From an uncultured Alphaproteobacteria bacterium (lineage in GTDB: Bacteria; Pseudomonadota; Alphaproteobacteria; CAVTAV01): a stretch of 64,000 bases of DNA. The position numbers and the translations under genes are program-made. Positions 9,618 to 20,716 of this stretch are shown here, in pieces (position 1 is the first letter of the stretch; each line of letters starts with the position of its first letter). Location: the NCBI GenBank assembly GCA_963821875.1, contig CAWGFE010000001.1:2825-66824 (forward strand), in the 5' to 3' direction. The notes below the pieces were generated by a model. That model worked only from the letters and a program-made list of their open reading frames with translations, made no database searches and had not been told where the DNA came from.

Positions 9618-11354
9618 ATGAACACGCACGCTGAAACGACCGCTCAAACCGCTCGCCCGAGTTTCGCCGAGCTTTTCACGCCGAAGCTCGTCACCGTTCT
9701 CAAGGAAGGCTACCACCTTACGAATTTCCGCGCCGATCTCGTCGCCGGGCTGACGGTGGCGATCGTCGCGCTGCCGCTGTCGATGGCGATCGCGATCGCA
9801 TCGGGGGCGAACCCGGCGCAAGGACTCTATACCGCAATCTTTGGCGGTTTTCTGGTTTCCGCTCTTGGCGGCAGCCGGTTTCAGATCGGCGGTCCGGCCG
9901 GAGCATTCATCGTGCTCGTAGCGGCGACCGTCCAGAAATACGGCATGGATGGGCTGATCCTCGCGACGATCATGTCCGGCTTCATTCTGGCGGCCATCGG
10001 GTTTCTGCGGCTTGGCACCTATATCAAGTTCATTCCCTATCCGGTGACCGTCGGCTTCACGGCCGGCATCGCCGTCATCATCTTCGCAAGCCAGATCAAG
10101 GATCTTCTCGGCCTGACGCTGGACAAGGCGGAACCGGGACCGTTCCTGCAGAAGCTTCCCGTGTTCTGGCACAGCCTGCCGACGATCAGCCTGTCGGCCG
10201 TCGCGCTTTCGGCGGCGACGATCATCGTCATTTCCGGCGTCAAGAGACTGCGGCCGAACTGGCCGGGCCTGCTGATCGCGGTCGCTCTGGCCGCTGGAGC
10301 GACGGCTCTGTTTCATCTGCCGGTCGCCACCATCGGCACGAAATTCGGTGGCATCCCGAGCAGTCTGCCTCTGCCGTCGCTTCCGGCGATCAGTGTCGCC
10401 AGGATAATGACGTTACTGCCGAGTGCGATATCCTTTGCGCTTCTGGGCTCGATCGAGTCCCTGCTTTCGGCGGTGGTGGCGGATGGCATGACCGGGCGGC
10501 GGCATCGCTCGAATTGCGAACTGGTGGGCCAGGGCGCGGCCAATGTCGTCTCCGGGCTGTTCGGCGGGATCTGCGTTACCGGCACGATCGCACGCACCGC
10601 CACGAATGTGCGCTCCGGCGCGCATGGGCCGATCTCCGGTATCCTGCATTCCCTGTTCGTCATGCTGTTCATTCTGGTCGCCGCGCCGCTCGCGAGTTTC
10701 ATTCCGCTGGCGAGCCTCGCCGGCGTTCTCGCCTTCGTCGCCTGGAATATGGTCGAGAAGCATGCCTTCGTCACGCTGATGCGCGCCTCGCGCGGCGATG
10801 CGCTGGTGCTGATGGCGACCTTCCTCTTGACCGTGTTCCGCGATCTGACCGAGGCCATCGTGGTCGGATTTGCGCTCGGCTCGGTGATGTTCATCCATCG
10901 TATGTCCAAAGTGACCGCAATCGAGCTTGGACCGTTGGTCGCGGAGGACAAGGCCGACGACGCCAATGGCGGCCGCACGCCCTATAACGAAGCGGTCGCG
11001 GCCGACCCCAACGTCGTCGTCTATCGGATTTCGGGGGCGTTCTTCTTCGGCGCGGCGGCCTCGATCGGCTCCGTGCTGGACCGCATTCCCGACACTCATC
11101 ACGCCCTCGTCATCGACTTCGCCGCGGTGCCGTTCCTCGACTCCACCGCCGCCAACACGATCGAGGGGCTGGCCAGAAAGGCGGCGCGCCGAAACGTAGA
11201 GGTCATCCTGACCGCGACATCGCCGGATGTGCGCAAGCAGCTCTCGGCCCACGGCGTCAGGCCGCCGCTGGCGCGGTATGAAGGGTCGATCAGGGAGGCG
11301 CGGAGAAGCGTCGAGGCGGCGCTCGCGGAAAAGTCCGGCCGTGCCGGGACTTAA
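9618..11354 (+). CDS. SulP-family anion transporter with a C-terminal STAS domain
   Basis: ADLVAGLTVAIVALPLSMAIAIASG...GGSRFQIGGPAGAF, with a C-terminal VVYRISGAFFFGAA...FLDSTAANTIEGL (STAS). Confidence 0.92.
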   Translation: MNTHAETTAQTARPSFAELFTPKLVTVLKEGYHLTNFRADLVAGLTVAIVALPLSMAIAIASGANPAQGLYTAIFGGFLVSALGGSRFQIGGPAGAFIVLVAATVQKYGMDGLILATIMSGFILAAIGFLRLGTYIKFIPYPVTVGFTAGIAVIIFASQIKDLLGLTLDKAEPGPFLQKLPVFWHSLPTISLSAVALSAATIIVISGVKRLRPNWPGLLIAVALAAGATALFHLPVATIGTKFGGIPSSLPLPSLPAISVARIMTLLPSAISFALLGSIESLLSAVVADGMTGRRHRSNCELVGQGAANVVSGLFGGICVTGTIARTATNVRSGAHGPISGILHSLFVMLFILVAAPLASFIPLASLAGVLAFVAWNMVEKHAFVTLMRASRGDALVLMATFLLTVFRDLTEAIVVGFALGSVMFIHRMSKVTAIELGPLVAEDKADDANGGRTPYNEAVAADPNVVVYRISGAFFFGAAASIGSVLDRIPDTHHALVIDFAAVPFLDSTAANTIEGLARKAARRNVEVILTATSPDVRKQLSAHGVRPPLARYEGSIREARRSVEAALAEKSGRAGT

Positions 11355-11360
11355 GGTCCG

Positions 11361-13160
11361 TCAGGCTGTTTCCGCGTAGGTGGCGATAACGGCGAGGAAG
11401 TCGTCGCCATAGCGCTCGAGTTTGGCGTCGCCGACGCCGGAGATCCGCGACAGGGCATTGAGATCGTCCGGCCGCGCGGCGGCCATTTCGGCGAGTGTCC
11501 GGTCATGGAAGATCACATAGGGCGGCACATTGTGATCCCGCGCGAGTTCGAGCCGTTTCTCGCGCAGGGCGTCGAACAGGCCGCGAATTTCGGGCGGCAG
11601 GTCCGCCCCCGAGCGGCGTCCGGCGGTCTTCCTGGCGGCTTTCTTCGGCATCCGCAACATGAGGGGCGGCTTCTCGCGCAGGAAATCCGCGCCTTTCTGC
11701 GAGATCGACAAGCCGCCATGTCCGGCGAGATCGACCCTGATCAGCCCGTACGCGACGAGTTGGCGCAGGATGGAGCGCCAAATCCGCTTGTCATAGTCCT
11801 TGCCGATGCCCCAGGTGGAGATGCAGTCATGGCCGAAACGCTCGATGCGTTCGTCCGTCTCGCCGAGCAGCACCGAGATGATATAGGCCTGACCGAAGCG
11901 TTCTCCGGTCCGGTAGATGCAGGAAAGCGCCTTTTGCGCAGCGACCGCGCCGTCGAACAGCTCGGGCGGCGCGTCGCAATTGTCGCAGTTGCCGCAGGGC
12001 TCGTGGGTGTCCCCGAAATAGCCGAGCAGGATCTGGCGGCGGCATTGGCCGGTCTCAGCGAGGCCCAGGAGCGCGTCCAGCTTCTGGCGCTCCATACGCT
12101 TGCGGTCCTCTCCGGCTTCCGATTCCTCAATGAAACGGCGGCGCAGCGCGATGTCGTCGAAGCCGAAAAGCATCAGCGCATCCGCCGGCAGGCCGTCGCG
12201 GCCGGCGCGGCCGGTTTCCTGGTAATAGGCTTCGATACTGCCCGGCAGATCGAGATGGACCACGAAGCGCACATCCGGCTTGTCGATCCCCATGCCGAAG
12301 GCGATGGTGGCGACCATGATGATCGCGTCTTCCTGCTGAAACCGCTGCTGGTTGGCTTCGCGCATCCGCTTGTCCATGCCGGCGTGATAGGCGAGGGCCG
12401 TATAACCATGTGCGTTGAGCGCCGCGGCGGTCTCGTCGGTCTTGCGCTTGGACAGGCAATAAACGATGCCGCTTTGGCCCTTGCGGGTGTCGAGAAAGCT
12501 CAGCAATTGTTTCTGCGGACCGGCCTTTTCCGTGATCGCATACCGGATATTGGGCCGGTCGAATCCGGCGATGAAACCGTTGTCGGGCGCGATGCCGAGA
12601 TGCGAGAGGATTTCGGCGCGGGTCGGCTCGTCGGCGGTCGCGGTCAGCGCGATGCGCGGCGTACCGGGAAAATGCTCGGCCAGACAATCGAGCTTGCGAT
12701 ATTCCGGGCGGAAGTCGTGCCCCCATTGCGACAGGCAATGCGCCTCGTCGATCGCGACGAGCGACAGCGGCACGGATTGCAGCCGGCCGAGCGTCGAGGG
12801 CCGAAGCAGCGTTTCCGGCGCGACATAGAGCAGATCGAGCTCGCCGGCGGTCGCCGCGCGCCATAGCTCGCTGCGTTCATCAGACGCCAGATCGGAATTG
12901 AGCGCCGCCGCCCTGACGCCCGCCTCGCGCAGCGCGGCCACCTGATCGGCCATCAAGGCGATCAACGGCGAAACGATCAGCCCCAGGCCGGGCCGGCACA
13001 GCGCGGGAATCTGATAACACAGCGACTTGCCGCCGCCCGTCGGCATCAGCACGAAGGCGTCGTTGCCCGCGATCACGTGATCGATGATCTCCGCCTGCCG
13101 CCCGCGAAAGGCGTCATAACCATAAACGGCCTTGAGAATGTGCAGGGGATCGGCGGTCAT
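11361..13160 (-). CDS. recQ: ATP-dependent DNA helicase RecQ
   Basis: YGYDAFRGRQAEII...VLMPTGGGKSLCYQIPAL...DEAHCLSQWGHDFRPEY, a Zn-finger CGNCDNC, and an HRDC tail. The ATG at 13160 is preferred, with 13202 as the alternative. Confidence 0.92.
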   Translation of the reverse strand: MTADPLHILKAVYGYDAFRGRQAEIIDHVIAGNDAFVLMPTGGGKSLCYQIPALCRPGLGLIVSPLIALMADQVAALREAGVRAAALNSDLASDERSELWRAATAGELDLLYVAPETLLRPSTLGRLQSVPLSLVAIDEAHCLSQWGHDFRPEYRKLDCLAEHFPGTPRIALTATADEPTRAEILSHLGIAPDNGFIAGFDRPNIRYAITEKAGPQKQLLSFLDTRKGQSGIVYCLSKRKTDETAAALNAHGYTALAYHAGMDKRMREANQQRFQQEDAIIMVATIAFGMGIDKPDVRFVVHLDLPGSIEAYYQETGRAGRDGLPADALMLFGFDDIALRRRFIEESEAGEDRKRMERQKLDALLGLAETGQCRRQILLGYFGDTHEPCGNCDNCDAPPELFDGAVAAQKALSCIYRTGERFGQAYIISVLLGETDERIERFGHDCISTWGIGKDYDKRIWRSILRQLVAYGLIRVDLAGHGGLSISQKGADFLREKPPLMLRMPKKAARKTAGRRSGADLPPEIRGLFDALREKRLELARDHNVPPYVIFHDRTLAEMAAARPDDLNALSRISGVGDAKLERYGDDFLAVIATYAETA

Positions 13161-13238
13161 AAAAGGGCAAGCGGAAAAAACGGGAACTGACCGGCCCTTC
13201 ATAGCAGCTTCTGACTTTCGATGCAGGGGTCTTTTCTT

Positions 13239-13559
13239 CTAGCCGAATCCCATGCGCATGCTGAGATCGAACATGATCCAGACCGTGCCGCCGACCATCA
13301 GGAAAACCAGCACGGCGGCGAAGACGAGGGAGAAGAGTTTACTGCGCGAGGCGGGCGCCATGTCCAGATGCAGGAAATATCTCAGATGGACGAGGATCTG
13401 TACGACTGCGAGGCCTGCGATCACGATCAGCGCCGGGGTCCGCGCCAGCGCGTGGAAATAGACGAGCGCGAACGGAATGGCCGTCAGGATCACCGCGAGG
13501 GCGAACCCGACCAGGTTCGGGGCGAGCTTTCGGGCGTGACCGTTCGAGGGCGTTTGCAT
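13239..13559 (-). CDS. cyoD: Cytochrome o ubiquinol oxidase subunit IV
   Basis: 106 aa with 3 TM segments. It is the last gene of the cyo operon and abuts the cyoC stop. Confidence 0.85.
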   Translation of the reverse strand: MQTPSNGHARKLAPNLVGFALAVILTAIPFALVYFHALARTPALIVIAGLAVVQILVHLRYFLHLDMAPASRSKLFSLVFAAVLVFLMVGGTVWIMFDLSMRMGFG

Positions 13560-14174
13560 TTACAAAATCCCCGGCAGATAGACGACGGAAAAAATCCCGA
13601 TCCAGACGATGTCCAGAAAGTGCCAGAACATCCCGAGACGGTTGAGCTGGGATCTGACCCGCGGACTCAGGCCCCGCACGGAGACTTCGAGACCGAGCAG
13701 AATGATCCAGACGAGGCCGATGCTGACATGCAGCCCGTGGGTGCCGACCAGCGTGAAGAAAGCCGACAGGAAGCCGCTGCGGTCCGGCCCCGCCGCCATG
13801 GCGACCATGCCATGGAACTCCGATATCTCCATGCCGACGAAGCCGGCGCCGAGCGCGAAAGTGACGCCGAGCCAGAGCACCGTTTGTGTCCGCCTGCCGG
13901 CATCGGTCGCCACGCTCGAGAAACCGAACGTCATGCTGCTGGTGAGCAGAAGCATGGTTTCGATCAGCGTATGCGGCAGGTCGAACAGATCATGGCCCGA
14001 AGGTCCGCCGGCGGTGTTGGGGCGCATCACGGCATAGGTAGCGAAAAGCAGTGCGAAGATGATCGCGTCGCTCATCAGATAGATCCAGAAGCCGAAGGCC
14101 TTTTCGTCCAGCGCGCGTCTGGCGTGTTCGGCCTCCTGTTCGGCGGCTTCGGGAGTGAGGGCTCGATCGGTCAT
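13560..14174 (-). CDS. cyoC: Cytochrome o ubiquinol oxidase subunit III
   Basis: From the ATG at 14174: [13 protein letters not shown]...[21 protein letters not shown]...[10 protein letters not shown]. It overlaps the cyoB stop by ATGA. Confidence 0.9.
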   Translation of the reverse strand: MTDRALTPEAAEQEAEHARRALDEKAFGFWIYLMSDAIIFALLFATYAVMRPNTAGGPSGHDLFDLPHTLIETMLLLTSSMTFGFSSVATDAGRRTQTVLWLGVTFALGAGFVGMEISEFHGMVAMAAGPDRSGFLSAFFTLVGTHGLHVSIGLVWIILLGLEVSVRGLSPRVRSQLNRLGMFWHFLDIVWIGIFSVVYLPGIL

Positions 14175-16156
14175 GCCGGCGCTCCCGGGCGGCCGACAAA
14201 GGGATGCGGCCGGTTCTTCTCGATCCGCTCGATCTCCTGAGCCGGGATACGGTGTTCGGAATCGTCGCCGAAGGTCCGCGCGAGGATCGGTCCGGCGATG
14301 CCGAGAAGGCCCAGAATGGCGAGCCACCAGATGTGCCAGACCATGGCGAAGCCGAAGACGAACGAGGCTGCGGCCAGCACCACCCCGGCGCCGGTGCTCT
14401 TGGGCAGGAAAATGTCTTCGAAATGGTCGGGCCGATGCCCGAGGGCGCCGTCCGTCTTCATGGCCCAGAGCGCGTCCTTTTCGCGCACCACGGGGATGAC
14501 CGGGAAATTATATTCCGCGGGCGGGGAACTCGTGGCCCATTCGAGGGTGCGGCCGTTCCAGGGATCGCCAGTCGCGTCGCGCAATTGATCGCGATTGCGG
14601 ATACTGACCCAAAGCTGGATCGCGAGGAAGGCGATGCCGAAGGCGATCACGATCGCGCCGAGTTCCGCGACGATGAGATAGGGTTGCCAGGCCGGATTGG
14701 TGTAATGCTCCAGCCGGCGCGGCATGCCCATCATGCCGAGCACATAGAGCGGCATGAAGGCGAGATAGAATCCGATCAGCCACGCCCAAAAGGCGCGCTT
14801 GCCCCATTTCGGCTCCAGCCGGAAGCCGGACATCTTCGGGAACCAGTATTGATAGCCGGCGAGATAGCCGAACAACGCGCCGGGGATCAGCATGTTGTGG
14901 AAATGGGCGACGAGGAACGTCGTGTTGTGCATCAGGTAATCCACGGGCGGCACCGCCAGCAGCACGCCGGTCATGCCGCCGATCACGAAGGTGATGATGA
15001 AGCCGAGCGTGAAGTGCATCGGCACGCTGAAACGGATGCGGCCGCGATACAGGGTGAATATCCAGTTGAAGATCTTCACGCCGGTCGGCACGGCGATGAC
15101 CATGGTGGTGATGCCGAAGAACGCGTTTACATTCGCGCTCGCGCCCATGGTGAAGAAGTGGTGTAGCCAGACGCTGAAGGAGAGGATCGTGATCACCGCG
15201 ACGGCATAGACCATCGAGCGGTAGCCGAAGAGGGGCTTGCCGGAAAAGGTCGCGACGACTTCGGAGTAAACGCCGAAAGCCGGCAGGATCAGGATATAGA
15301 CCTCCGGATGGCCCCAGATCCAGAACAGGTTGGCGTAGTTCATCAGATTGCCGCCGCCGCCATTGATGAAGAAATGCATGCCGAGATAGCGGTCGAGGCC
15401 CAGGAGCGCGGCGGCGACGGTCAGTCCCGGAAAGGCGAAGACCATCAGGATGCTGGTGCAGAGCGCCGTCCAGGTCATCAGCGGCATCACCATCAGCCGC
15501 ATGCCGGGCGCGCGCCGCTTGATGATGGTCACGAGGAAATTGATGCCGGTGAGCGTCGAGCCCACACCGCTTATCAGGATGGTCCATATCCAGTAGTCGA
15601 CTCCGACGCCGGGGCTGAAATGCAACTCGGAATAGGGCGGATAGGCGCTCCAGCCGGCGGTCGAGAATTTGCCGATCACCAGGGACACCATCACGAGGCT
15701 GGCGCCCGAGGCGGTCAGCCACAAGCTGACGGAGTTCATGAAGGGGAAGGCCACGTCGCGCGCGCCGATCTGCAGCGGTACGACGACGTTGAACAACCCG
15801 ACCAGAAACGGCATCGCCACGAAGAAAATCATGATCGTGCCATGGGAGCTGAAGATCTGGTCGAAATGGCCGGGTGGCAGATAGCCCTGTGAATCGAGCG
15901 CGACCGCCTGCTGCGTGCGCATCATGATCGCGTCGATGAAGCCGCGCACCAGCATGACGAGCGCCAGCGCGATATACATGATTCCGATCTTCTTGTGGTC
16001 GACGCTGGTCAGCCATTCGGTCCAGAGATAGCGCCATTTGCCGAGCCAGGTGATACCCGCGACGGCGGCGGCGGCGCCCAGCACCGTGATGATCGCGCCG
16101 GTGAGCGCGATCGGGCTGTAGAACGGGATGGCGTCGATGGTGAGCTTGCCGAACAT
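14171..16156 (-). CDS. cyoB: Cytochrome o ubiquinol oxidase subunit I (heme-copper oxidase)
   Basis: From the ATG at 16156: [12 protein letters not shown]...HKKIGIMYI...[17 protein letters not shown]...HHFFTMG...VAHFHN. Confidence 0.95.
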   Translation of the reverse strand: MFGKLTIDAIPFYSPIALTGAIITVLGAAAAVAGITWLGKWRYLWTEWLTSVDHKKIGIMYIALALVMLVRGFIDAIMMRTQQAVALDSQGYLPPGHFDQIFSSHGTIMIFFVAMPFLVGLFNVVVPLQIGARDVAFPFMNSVSLWLTASGASLVMVSLVIGKFSTAGWSAYPPYSELHFSPGVGVDYWIWTILISGVGSTLTGINFLVTIIKRRAPGMRLMVMPLMTWTALCTSILMVFAFPGLTVAAALLGLDRYLGMHFFINGGGGNLMNYANLFWIWGHPEVYILILPAFGVYSEVVATFSGKPLFGYRSMVYAVAVITILSFSVWLHHFFTMGASANVNAFFGITTMVIAVPTGVKIFNWIFTLYRGRIRFSVPMHFTLGFIITFVIGGMTGVLLAVPPVDYLMHNTTFLVAHFHNMLIPGALFGYLAGYQYWFPKMSGFRLEPKWGKRAFWAWLIGFYLAFMPLYVLGMMGMPRRLEHYTNPAWQPYLIVAELGAIVIAFGIAFLAIQLWVSIRNRDQLRDATGDPWNGRTLEWATSSPPAEYNFPVIPVVREKDALWAMKTDGALGHRPDHFEDIFLPKSTGAGVVLAAASFVFGFAMVWHIWWLAILGLLGIAGPILARTFGDDSEHRIPAQEIERIEKNRPHPFVGRPGAPA

Positions 16157-16157
16157 C

Positions 16158-17030
16158 TCAGCGCTTCCCCCGGCTGGCCGTCTGCTCGCCTTTGTATTTG
16201 GCGATGATGCGGGAGAAGAGCTTCGGCTCGACGCCGCTATAGAAGGTAATCCGCTCGTCCTTGCTGGGCTTGGCGAGCGCGGCATAGGTGCGGGCGTCCA
16301 GCGTCCTGGGGGAGCGCTTCACCACCGTCACCCAGTCCTTGAAGTCGGCCGCCGTCATGACGTGAACCTGGAAGGTCTGATCGGCGAAGCCTCGGCCGCT
16401 ATATTGCGCGTTCCGGCCGGTGAGGGTATCGGGGTGATCGGCCGTTAGATGCAGTTCGGTCCGCATGCCCGCCATGGCGTAGATCTGGCTGGCGAGGCCC
16501 GGGATATAGAAGGCGTTCATCACCGTGTCGGAGGTCAGTCTAAGACTGACGGGGCGGCCCGCCGGCAAGACAAGGTCGTTCACCACCGCGATATTCTGGT
16601 CGGGATAAATGAACAGCCATTTCCAATCCTCCGCGACGACGTCGATCTTGAGCGGTGCGGTCGCCGCACCCGTGGGGCGATAGGGATCGAGCTGATGGGA
16701 ATAGGTCCAGACGAGATAGGCCAGTGCGGCAATGATCAGAGTGGGGACCAGCCAGACCACCGCGTCCAGCTTGGCGGAATAGGCCCAATCCGGGCGGTAG
16801 TCCGCCTGTTTGTTCGAGGCGCGATACCGTCGCGCGAACCAGAGAGTCAGGACGAAAACCGGAATCACGACGATCAGCATCAGGCCGATGGCGGTGAACA
16901 TCAGGTCGCGCTCGGCCAGCGCCGTCGGGCCGTTCGGGTTGAGAACGGGCGCATCGATCAGCCCGCAACCACCGAGAACGACCGACGGGACAATCGCCAG
17001 CAAATTGCGAACCGTTCGGGTGACCGTCAT
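16158..17030 (-). CDS. cyoA: Cytochrome o ubiquinol oxidase subunit II (lipoprotein)
   Basis: Lipobox VVLGGCG, two TM segments and a cupredoxin-like domain ([23 protein letters not shown]). Confidence 0.9.
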   Translation of the reverse strand: MTVTRTVRNLLAIVPSVVLGGCGLIDAPVLNPNGPTALAERDLMFTAIGLMLIVVIPVFVLTLWFARRYRASNKQADYRPDWAYSAKLDAVVWLVPTLIIAALAYLVWTYSHQLDPYRPTGAATAPLKIDVVAEDWKWLFIYPDQNIAVVNDLVLPAGRPVSLRLTSDTVMNAFYIPGLASQIYAMAGMRTELHLTADHPDTLTGRNAQYSGRGFADQTFQVHVMTAADFKDWVTVVKRSPRTLDARTYAALAKPSKDERITFYSGVEPKLFSRIIAKYKGEQTASRGKR

Positions 17031-17243
17031 TACGATCAGCTAACGTTGCGGACGGCCATTCGTTCCGGGTCGACGCGCTCTTGAATGCGATAAGTCCGGA
17101 CGGTTGGATGTCACAAGCGAGTTTCTGGGGAACAACAGACGCGTTCTTCAGTTACTATATTGCCGCGCCGAAATTCACTCGGCGGGAGCGGGTGGCTGTC
17201 ACCACCGGCGAATAACAAGAACGCATGAAGGAGAGATTGGCAC

Positions 17244-17642
17244 ATGGCGGGATCTAGCGCGGGACTTCATGAGGATCCGGAAAAACTGAAACCGGAAACG
17301 ATCGACCGGCACCGTGCCATCGTTTCGTTGATGGAAGAGTTCGAAGCGGTCGACTGGTACGCCCAGAGGGTCGACGCCACGACGGATCCGGACTTGCGCG
17401 AGATCCTCGCGCATAACCGCGACGAGGAGAAGGAACACGCAGCGATGGTCCTCGAATGGCTGCGGCGGAGCGATCCCTCGATCGACGATTACCTGAAGAC
17501 CTATCTGTTCAGCGAAGGCGCGATTACGGAACTGGAAGAGGCCGAAACGTCCGGCGGGTCCGATGGCGAATCCGGCGGCGCGCCCCGGAAGGCCGACGGG
17601 TCGCTCGGCATCGGCAGCCTTAAGGGAAGGAGCGAGGCATGA
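17244..17642 (+). CDS. Encapsulated ferritin-like cargo protein (EncFtn) with a C-terminal encapsulin targeting peptide
   Basis: EEFEAVDWYAQR...HNRDEEKEHAAMVLEWL is the EncFtn di-iron ExxH region. A Gly/Ser/Glu linker follows, then the targeting motif DGSLGIGSLKG. An RBS (aaggagag) is present, and the gene overlaps the shell gene by ATGA. Confidence 0.85.
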   Translation: MAGSSAGLHEDPEKLKPETIDRHRAIVSLMEEFEAVDWYAQRVDATTDPDLREILAHNRDEEKEHAAMVLEWLRRSDPSIDDYLKTYLFSEGAITELEEAETSGGSDGESGGAPRKADGSLGIGSLKGRSEA

Positions 17643-18469
17643 ACGATCTTTGGCGTGATTTGGCCCCGGTACCGGCTCAGGCCTGGACGGAAATCGACGA
17701 AGAAGCCACGCGGACGCTTAAGGTCTCGCTGGCGGGGCGCAAAATCGCGGATTTCACCGGCCCCTTGGGCTGGGAAGCATCGTCCGTCGGTCTCGGCCGC
17801 GCCGAGGAGCTGAAGCAGGGCCCGGGCCAGGGGGTGCGCGCGTCTCTGCGGCAGGTCCAGCCCCTGGTCGAGTTGCGCGTGCCGTTCACGCTGTCCCGGC
17901 GCGAGCTGGATGCCGTGGCGCGCGGGGCGAAGGACGCCGATCTCGCGCCGGTCACGACGGCCGCCCAGGCCATCGCCACAGCCGAGGACAACGCGATCTT
18001 TCATGGCTATGCGGCGGCCGGCATTGAAGGTATTTGCGAGGCCGCCGGCGGCAGCGCCCTGTCGATTTCGGCGAATTATGAGAACTATCCCGCTTCGGTC
18101 GCCGAAGCGCTCTCGAAGCTTCGGGCGGCCGGTGTGGACGGCCCTTATGCGATCGCGCTCGGCCCGCGATGCTTTGTCGGATTGACCGAGACCACCAAGG
18201 AAGGCTTTCCGATCATGCAGCATGTCCAGCGCCTACTGGACGGCCCGGTGATCTGGGCGCCGGCGGTGGACGGCGCGGCCGTCGTGAGTCTGCGCGGCGG
18301 CGACTTCGAGCTCATCGTCGGTCGGGATTTCTCGATCGGTTATCTGGATCACTCCGCGACGGAGATCGAGCTCTATATCGAGGAAAGCTTCACCTCCCGC
18401 GTGCTCGCCCCCGAAGCCGCCGTGCCGTTGGTCTATGGTCAGAAGAAGAAAGGCACCCGCGGCAAGTGA
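17639..18469 (+). CDS. Family-1 encapsulin shell protein (HK97 fold, linocin-M18-like)
   Basis: MNDLWRDLAPVPAQAWTEIDEEATRTLKVSLAGRKIADF...VELRVPFTLSRRELDAV...GGDFELIVGRDFSIGY. 276 aa. Confidence 0.9.
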   Translation: MNDLWRDLAPVPAQAWTEIDEEATRTLKVSLAGRKIADFTGPLGWEASSVGLGRAEELKQGPGQGVRASLRQVQPLVELRVPFTLSRRELDAVARGAKDADLAPVTTAAQAIATAEDNAIFHGYAAAGIEGICEAAGGSALSISANYENYPASVAEALSKLRAAGVDGPYAIALGPRCFVGLTETTKEGFPIMQHVQRLLDGPVIWAPAVDGAAVVSLRGGDFELIVGRDFSIGYLDHSATEIELYIEESFTSRVLAPEAAVPLVYGQKKKGTRGK

Positions 18470-18593
18470 ACGGCTTGTCCGTCGAGACGGCGCCGGGTCT
18501 CCGCGATCATGGTCGTTGACGTCACGGCCATCGTCTGTTCAGACTATGAGTGGATGGGGAGAGGACGCGTACGCGTCGGAATGGGAGGGGGCC

Positions 18594-20270
18594 ATGATAC
18601 CATCGATTCACCAAGACGGAACGCAGCGTGCCGCCGTCGACAGGCGGTCGGCTTTGCGAACGATCGCGGGTAGCGCCGCCCTGATGGCGAGCGTGTCCGC
18701 CGCGAGCTTCTCGCGGGCGGCGACCGCGTCGATCGCCGATACGGCTTACGGCAAGGTGCGAGGCGCGTCGTCGAACGGGATCCACATTTTCAAGGGCATC
18801 CGCTATGGCGCGCCCACTGGTGGCGCCAATCGGTTCATGCCGCCCAGGGAGCCGGAGCCCTGGGCCGGTGTTCGCGACGCGCTGCACTACGGTAATAGCG
18901 CACCCCAAACCAATCCAACCGCCAAAGACACTGGTGGCGGCGAGTTGTTCGCGCCGGTCGGCGGCGAGGAAAAGACCGGCGAGAGCGAAGACTGTCTGTT
19001 CCTGAATGTCTGGACGCCCGGTCTGAACGACGGCGGCAAGCGCCCCGTGATGGTATGGCTCCATGGCGGCGGCTTCCTGTCCGGATCGGGCTCGTCGAAG
19101 ATGATCGCGGGTGAAAATCTCTCACGCCGCGGAAATGTCGTTGTGATCACGCTGAACCACCGCCTGAATGCTTTCGGCTTCAGCCATTTCGGTGATATCG
19201 GCGGGCCCGAATATGCGATGTCGGGCAATGCGGGCATGCTCGATATAATTCAGGCCCTGAAGTGGGTTCGGGCCAATATCGACCGCTTCGGCGGCGATGC
19301 CTCGCGTGTCATGATCTTCGGCGAATCCGGTGGCGGCCAGAAAGTGTCCATGCTGATGGGCTGCCCGCTCGCCAAGGGACTGTTCCACCGCGCGGCGATC
19401 GAAAGCGGCCCGGGGATCAAGATGCTCGACCGCTCGAAGGCAACCCATGTCTCGGACGTCTATCTGAAGGAGCTCGGCCTCACGCCGGATCGGTTGCCGG
19501 AAATCCAGAAAATGCCGACGGAGAAACTCCTGGCGGCCTTTTTCCCGGCGATGGCGAAGACCGGCGGCATCACTGCCGGTTTCATAGACAATTTCTCGCC
19601 AGTGATCGATCCCGTCGTTCTGCCGCAGCATCCCTTCTCGCCCAACGCGTCGCCCTACGCAGCCGACGTGCCGCTTATCATGGGCTGGAATCGCACGGAG
19701 ATGACCCTGTTCGCCGACCCGGCGGCGTTCACGCTCGATGACGCGGGGATGAAGAAACGCGTCGCCGCTATCCACGGGGACGCCGCCGACGAGATCATCG
19801 CGACATACAAAGAGAAATATCCCGGTCTGTCGCCAGCGGACCTTCATTTTCTCATTTGGTCGGATTATCCGACCATGCTGTTCGAGAACCTGATCGCGGA
19901 ACGGCGGGCTGCGCAAAATCAGGCGCCGACATATCTCTATCGCTTCGATTGGCGATCGCCGGTGCAGGGCGGCAAATATCACACGCCCCACACCATGGAG
20001 ATCCCGTTCGTGTTCGACAACACGAATGTCATGGCCAGCATGACAGGCGGTACGGCGGCGGCCGCCGCGCTTGCCGCGACGGTGAGCGATGCCTGGATCG
20101 CTCTCGCCACGAACGGCGATCCGAATACCGCGAAGGCCGGCCTTCCCGAGTGGAAGCCGTATTCGCCAAGCGAGCGCTCGACCATGATCATCAATACCGA
20201 AAGCCGGCTCGTCGCCGATCCCGAAAAGGCGGAGCGCGAGCTCTTCTACAAGCTCTATCCGAACGTCTGA
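18594..20270 (+). CDS. Type-B carboxylesterase/lipase, probably Tat-exported
   Basis: Twin-arginine signal DRRSALRTIAGSAALMA. Also EDCLFLNVWTP, VWLHGGGF and the nucleophile elbow FGESGGG. The ATG at 18594 follows gggaggggg. Confidence 0.88.
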   Translation: MIPSIHQDGTQRAAVDRRSALRTIAGSAALMASVSAASFSRAATASIADTAYGKVRGASSNGIHIFKGIRYGAPTGGANRFMPPREPEPWAGVRDALHYGNSAPQTNPTAKDTGGGELFAPVGGEEKTGESEDCLFLNVWTPGLNDGGKRPVMVWLHGGGFLSGSGSSKMIAGENLSRRGNVVVITLNHRLNAFGFSHFGDIGGPEYAMSGNAGMLDIIQALKWVRANIDRFGGDASRVMIFGESGGGQKVSMLMGCPLAKGLFHRAAIESGPGIKMLDRSKATHVSDVYLKELGLTPDRLPEIQKMPTEKLLAAFFPAMAKTGGITAGFIDNFSPVIDPVVLPQHPFSPNASPYAADVPLIMGWNRTEMTLFADPAAFTLDDAGMKKRVAAIHGDAADEIIATYKEKYPGLSPADLHFLIWSDYPTMLFENLIAERRAAQNQAPTYLYRFDWRSPVQGGKYHTPHTMEIPFVFDNTNVMASMTGGTAAAAALAATVSDAWIALATNGDPNTAKAGLPEWKPYSPSERSTMIINTESRLVADPEKAERELFYKLYPNV

Positions 20271-20441
20271 GTCCGTCGAAGGTCTCGGCCCGGGACCGGC
20301 GGCTTCGCTTCACTGCTGACCGACGACATGCGGCTATCGTGAGCGGTGAAACGCTCATCACCACGATGGCCGGCGCCGTGTCGCGCGAGCCGGTGAAAGT
20401 CTGACTTGGCTTGGCCAGCGTTGCATATTAGTATGAAATGT

Positions 20442-20699
20442 ATGAGTCGTAAGAAGAAGATTCCGGGGCCTCCGTTCGAGCTTGAATTCCACGGCGCGAC
20501 CGTTGTCGGCGAGCGCGGGCAGGCGGTGATTCCGGCGGAGGCGCGCAAGGCGCATGATCTGAAAAAAGGTGACAAGCTGCTGGTGTTCAGCATGGGCGGC
20601 AATATCGTGTTCACCAAGCTTTCCGGTCTTGAGCAATTCGAGGAGCACCTTTCGAAACGCCTTGGGGCGGTCCGCGAACTGATCGAGAAGAACCGGTAA
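20442..20699 (+). CDS. AbrB/MazE/SpoVT-type DNA-binding protein
   Basis: GATVVGERGQAVIPAEARKAHDLKKGDKLLVF is a SpoVT-AbrB looped-hinge motif. The start is uncertain (20406, 20433 or 20442). Confidence 0.65.
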   Translation: MSRKKKIPGPPFELEFHGATVVGERGQAVIPAEARKAHDLKKGDKLLVFSMGGNIVFTKLSGLEQFEEHLSKRLGAVRELIEKNR

Positions 20700-20716
20700 C
20701 AGAAAAGGGGGGAGCC

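Noticed and set aside
20412-20426. Sigma54-like TGGCC-N-TTGCA element upstream of the AbrB-like gene
   Set aside because: The GG-to-GC spacing is 8 nt rather than the required 10, so it does not fit the -24/-12 consensus.
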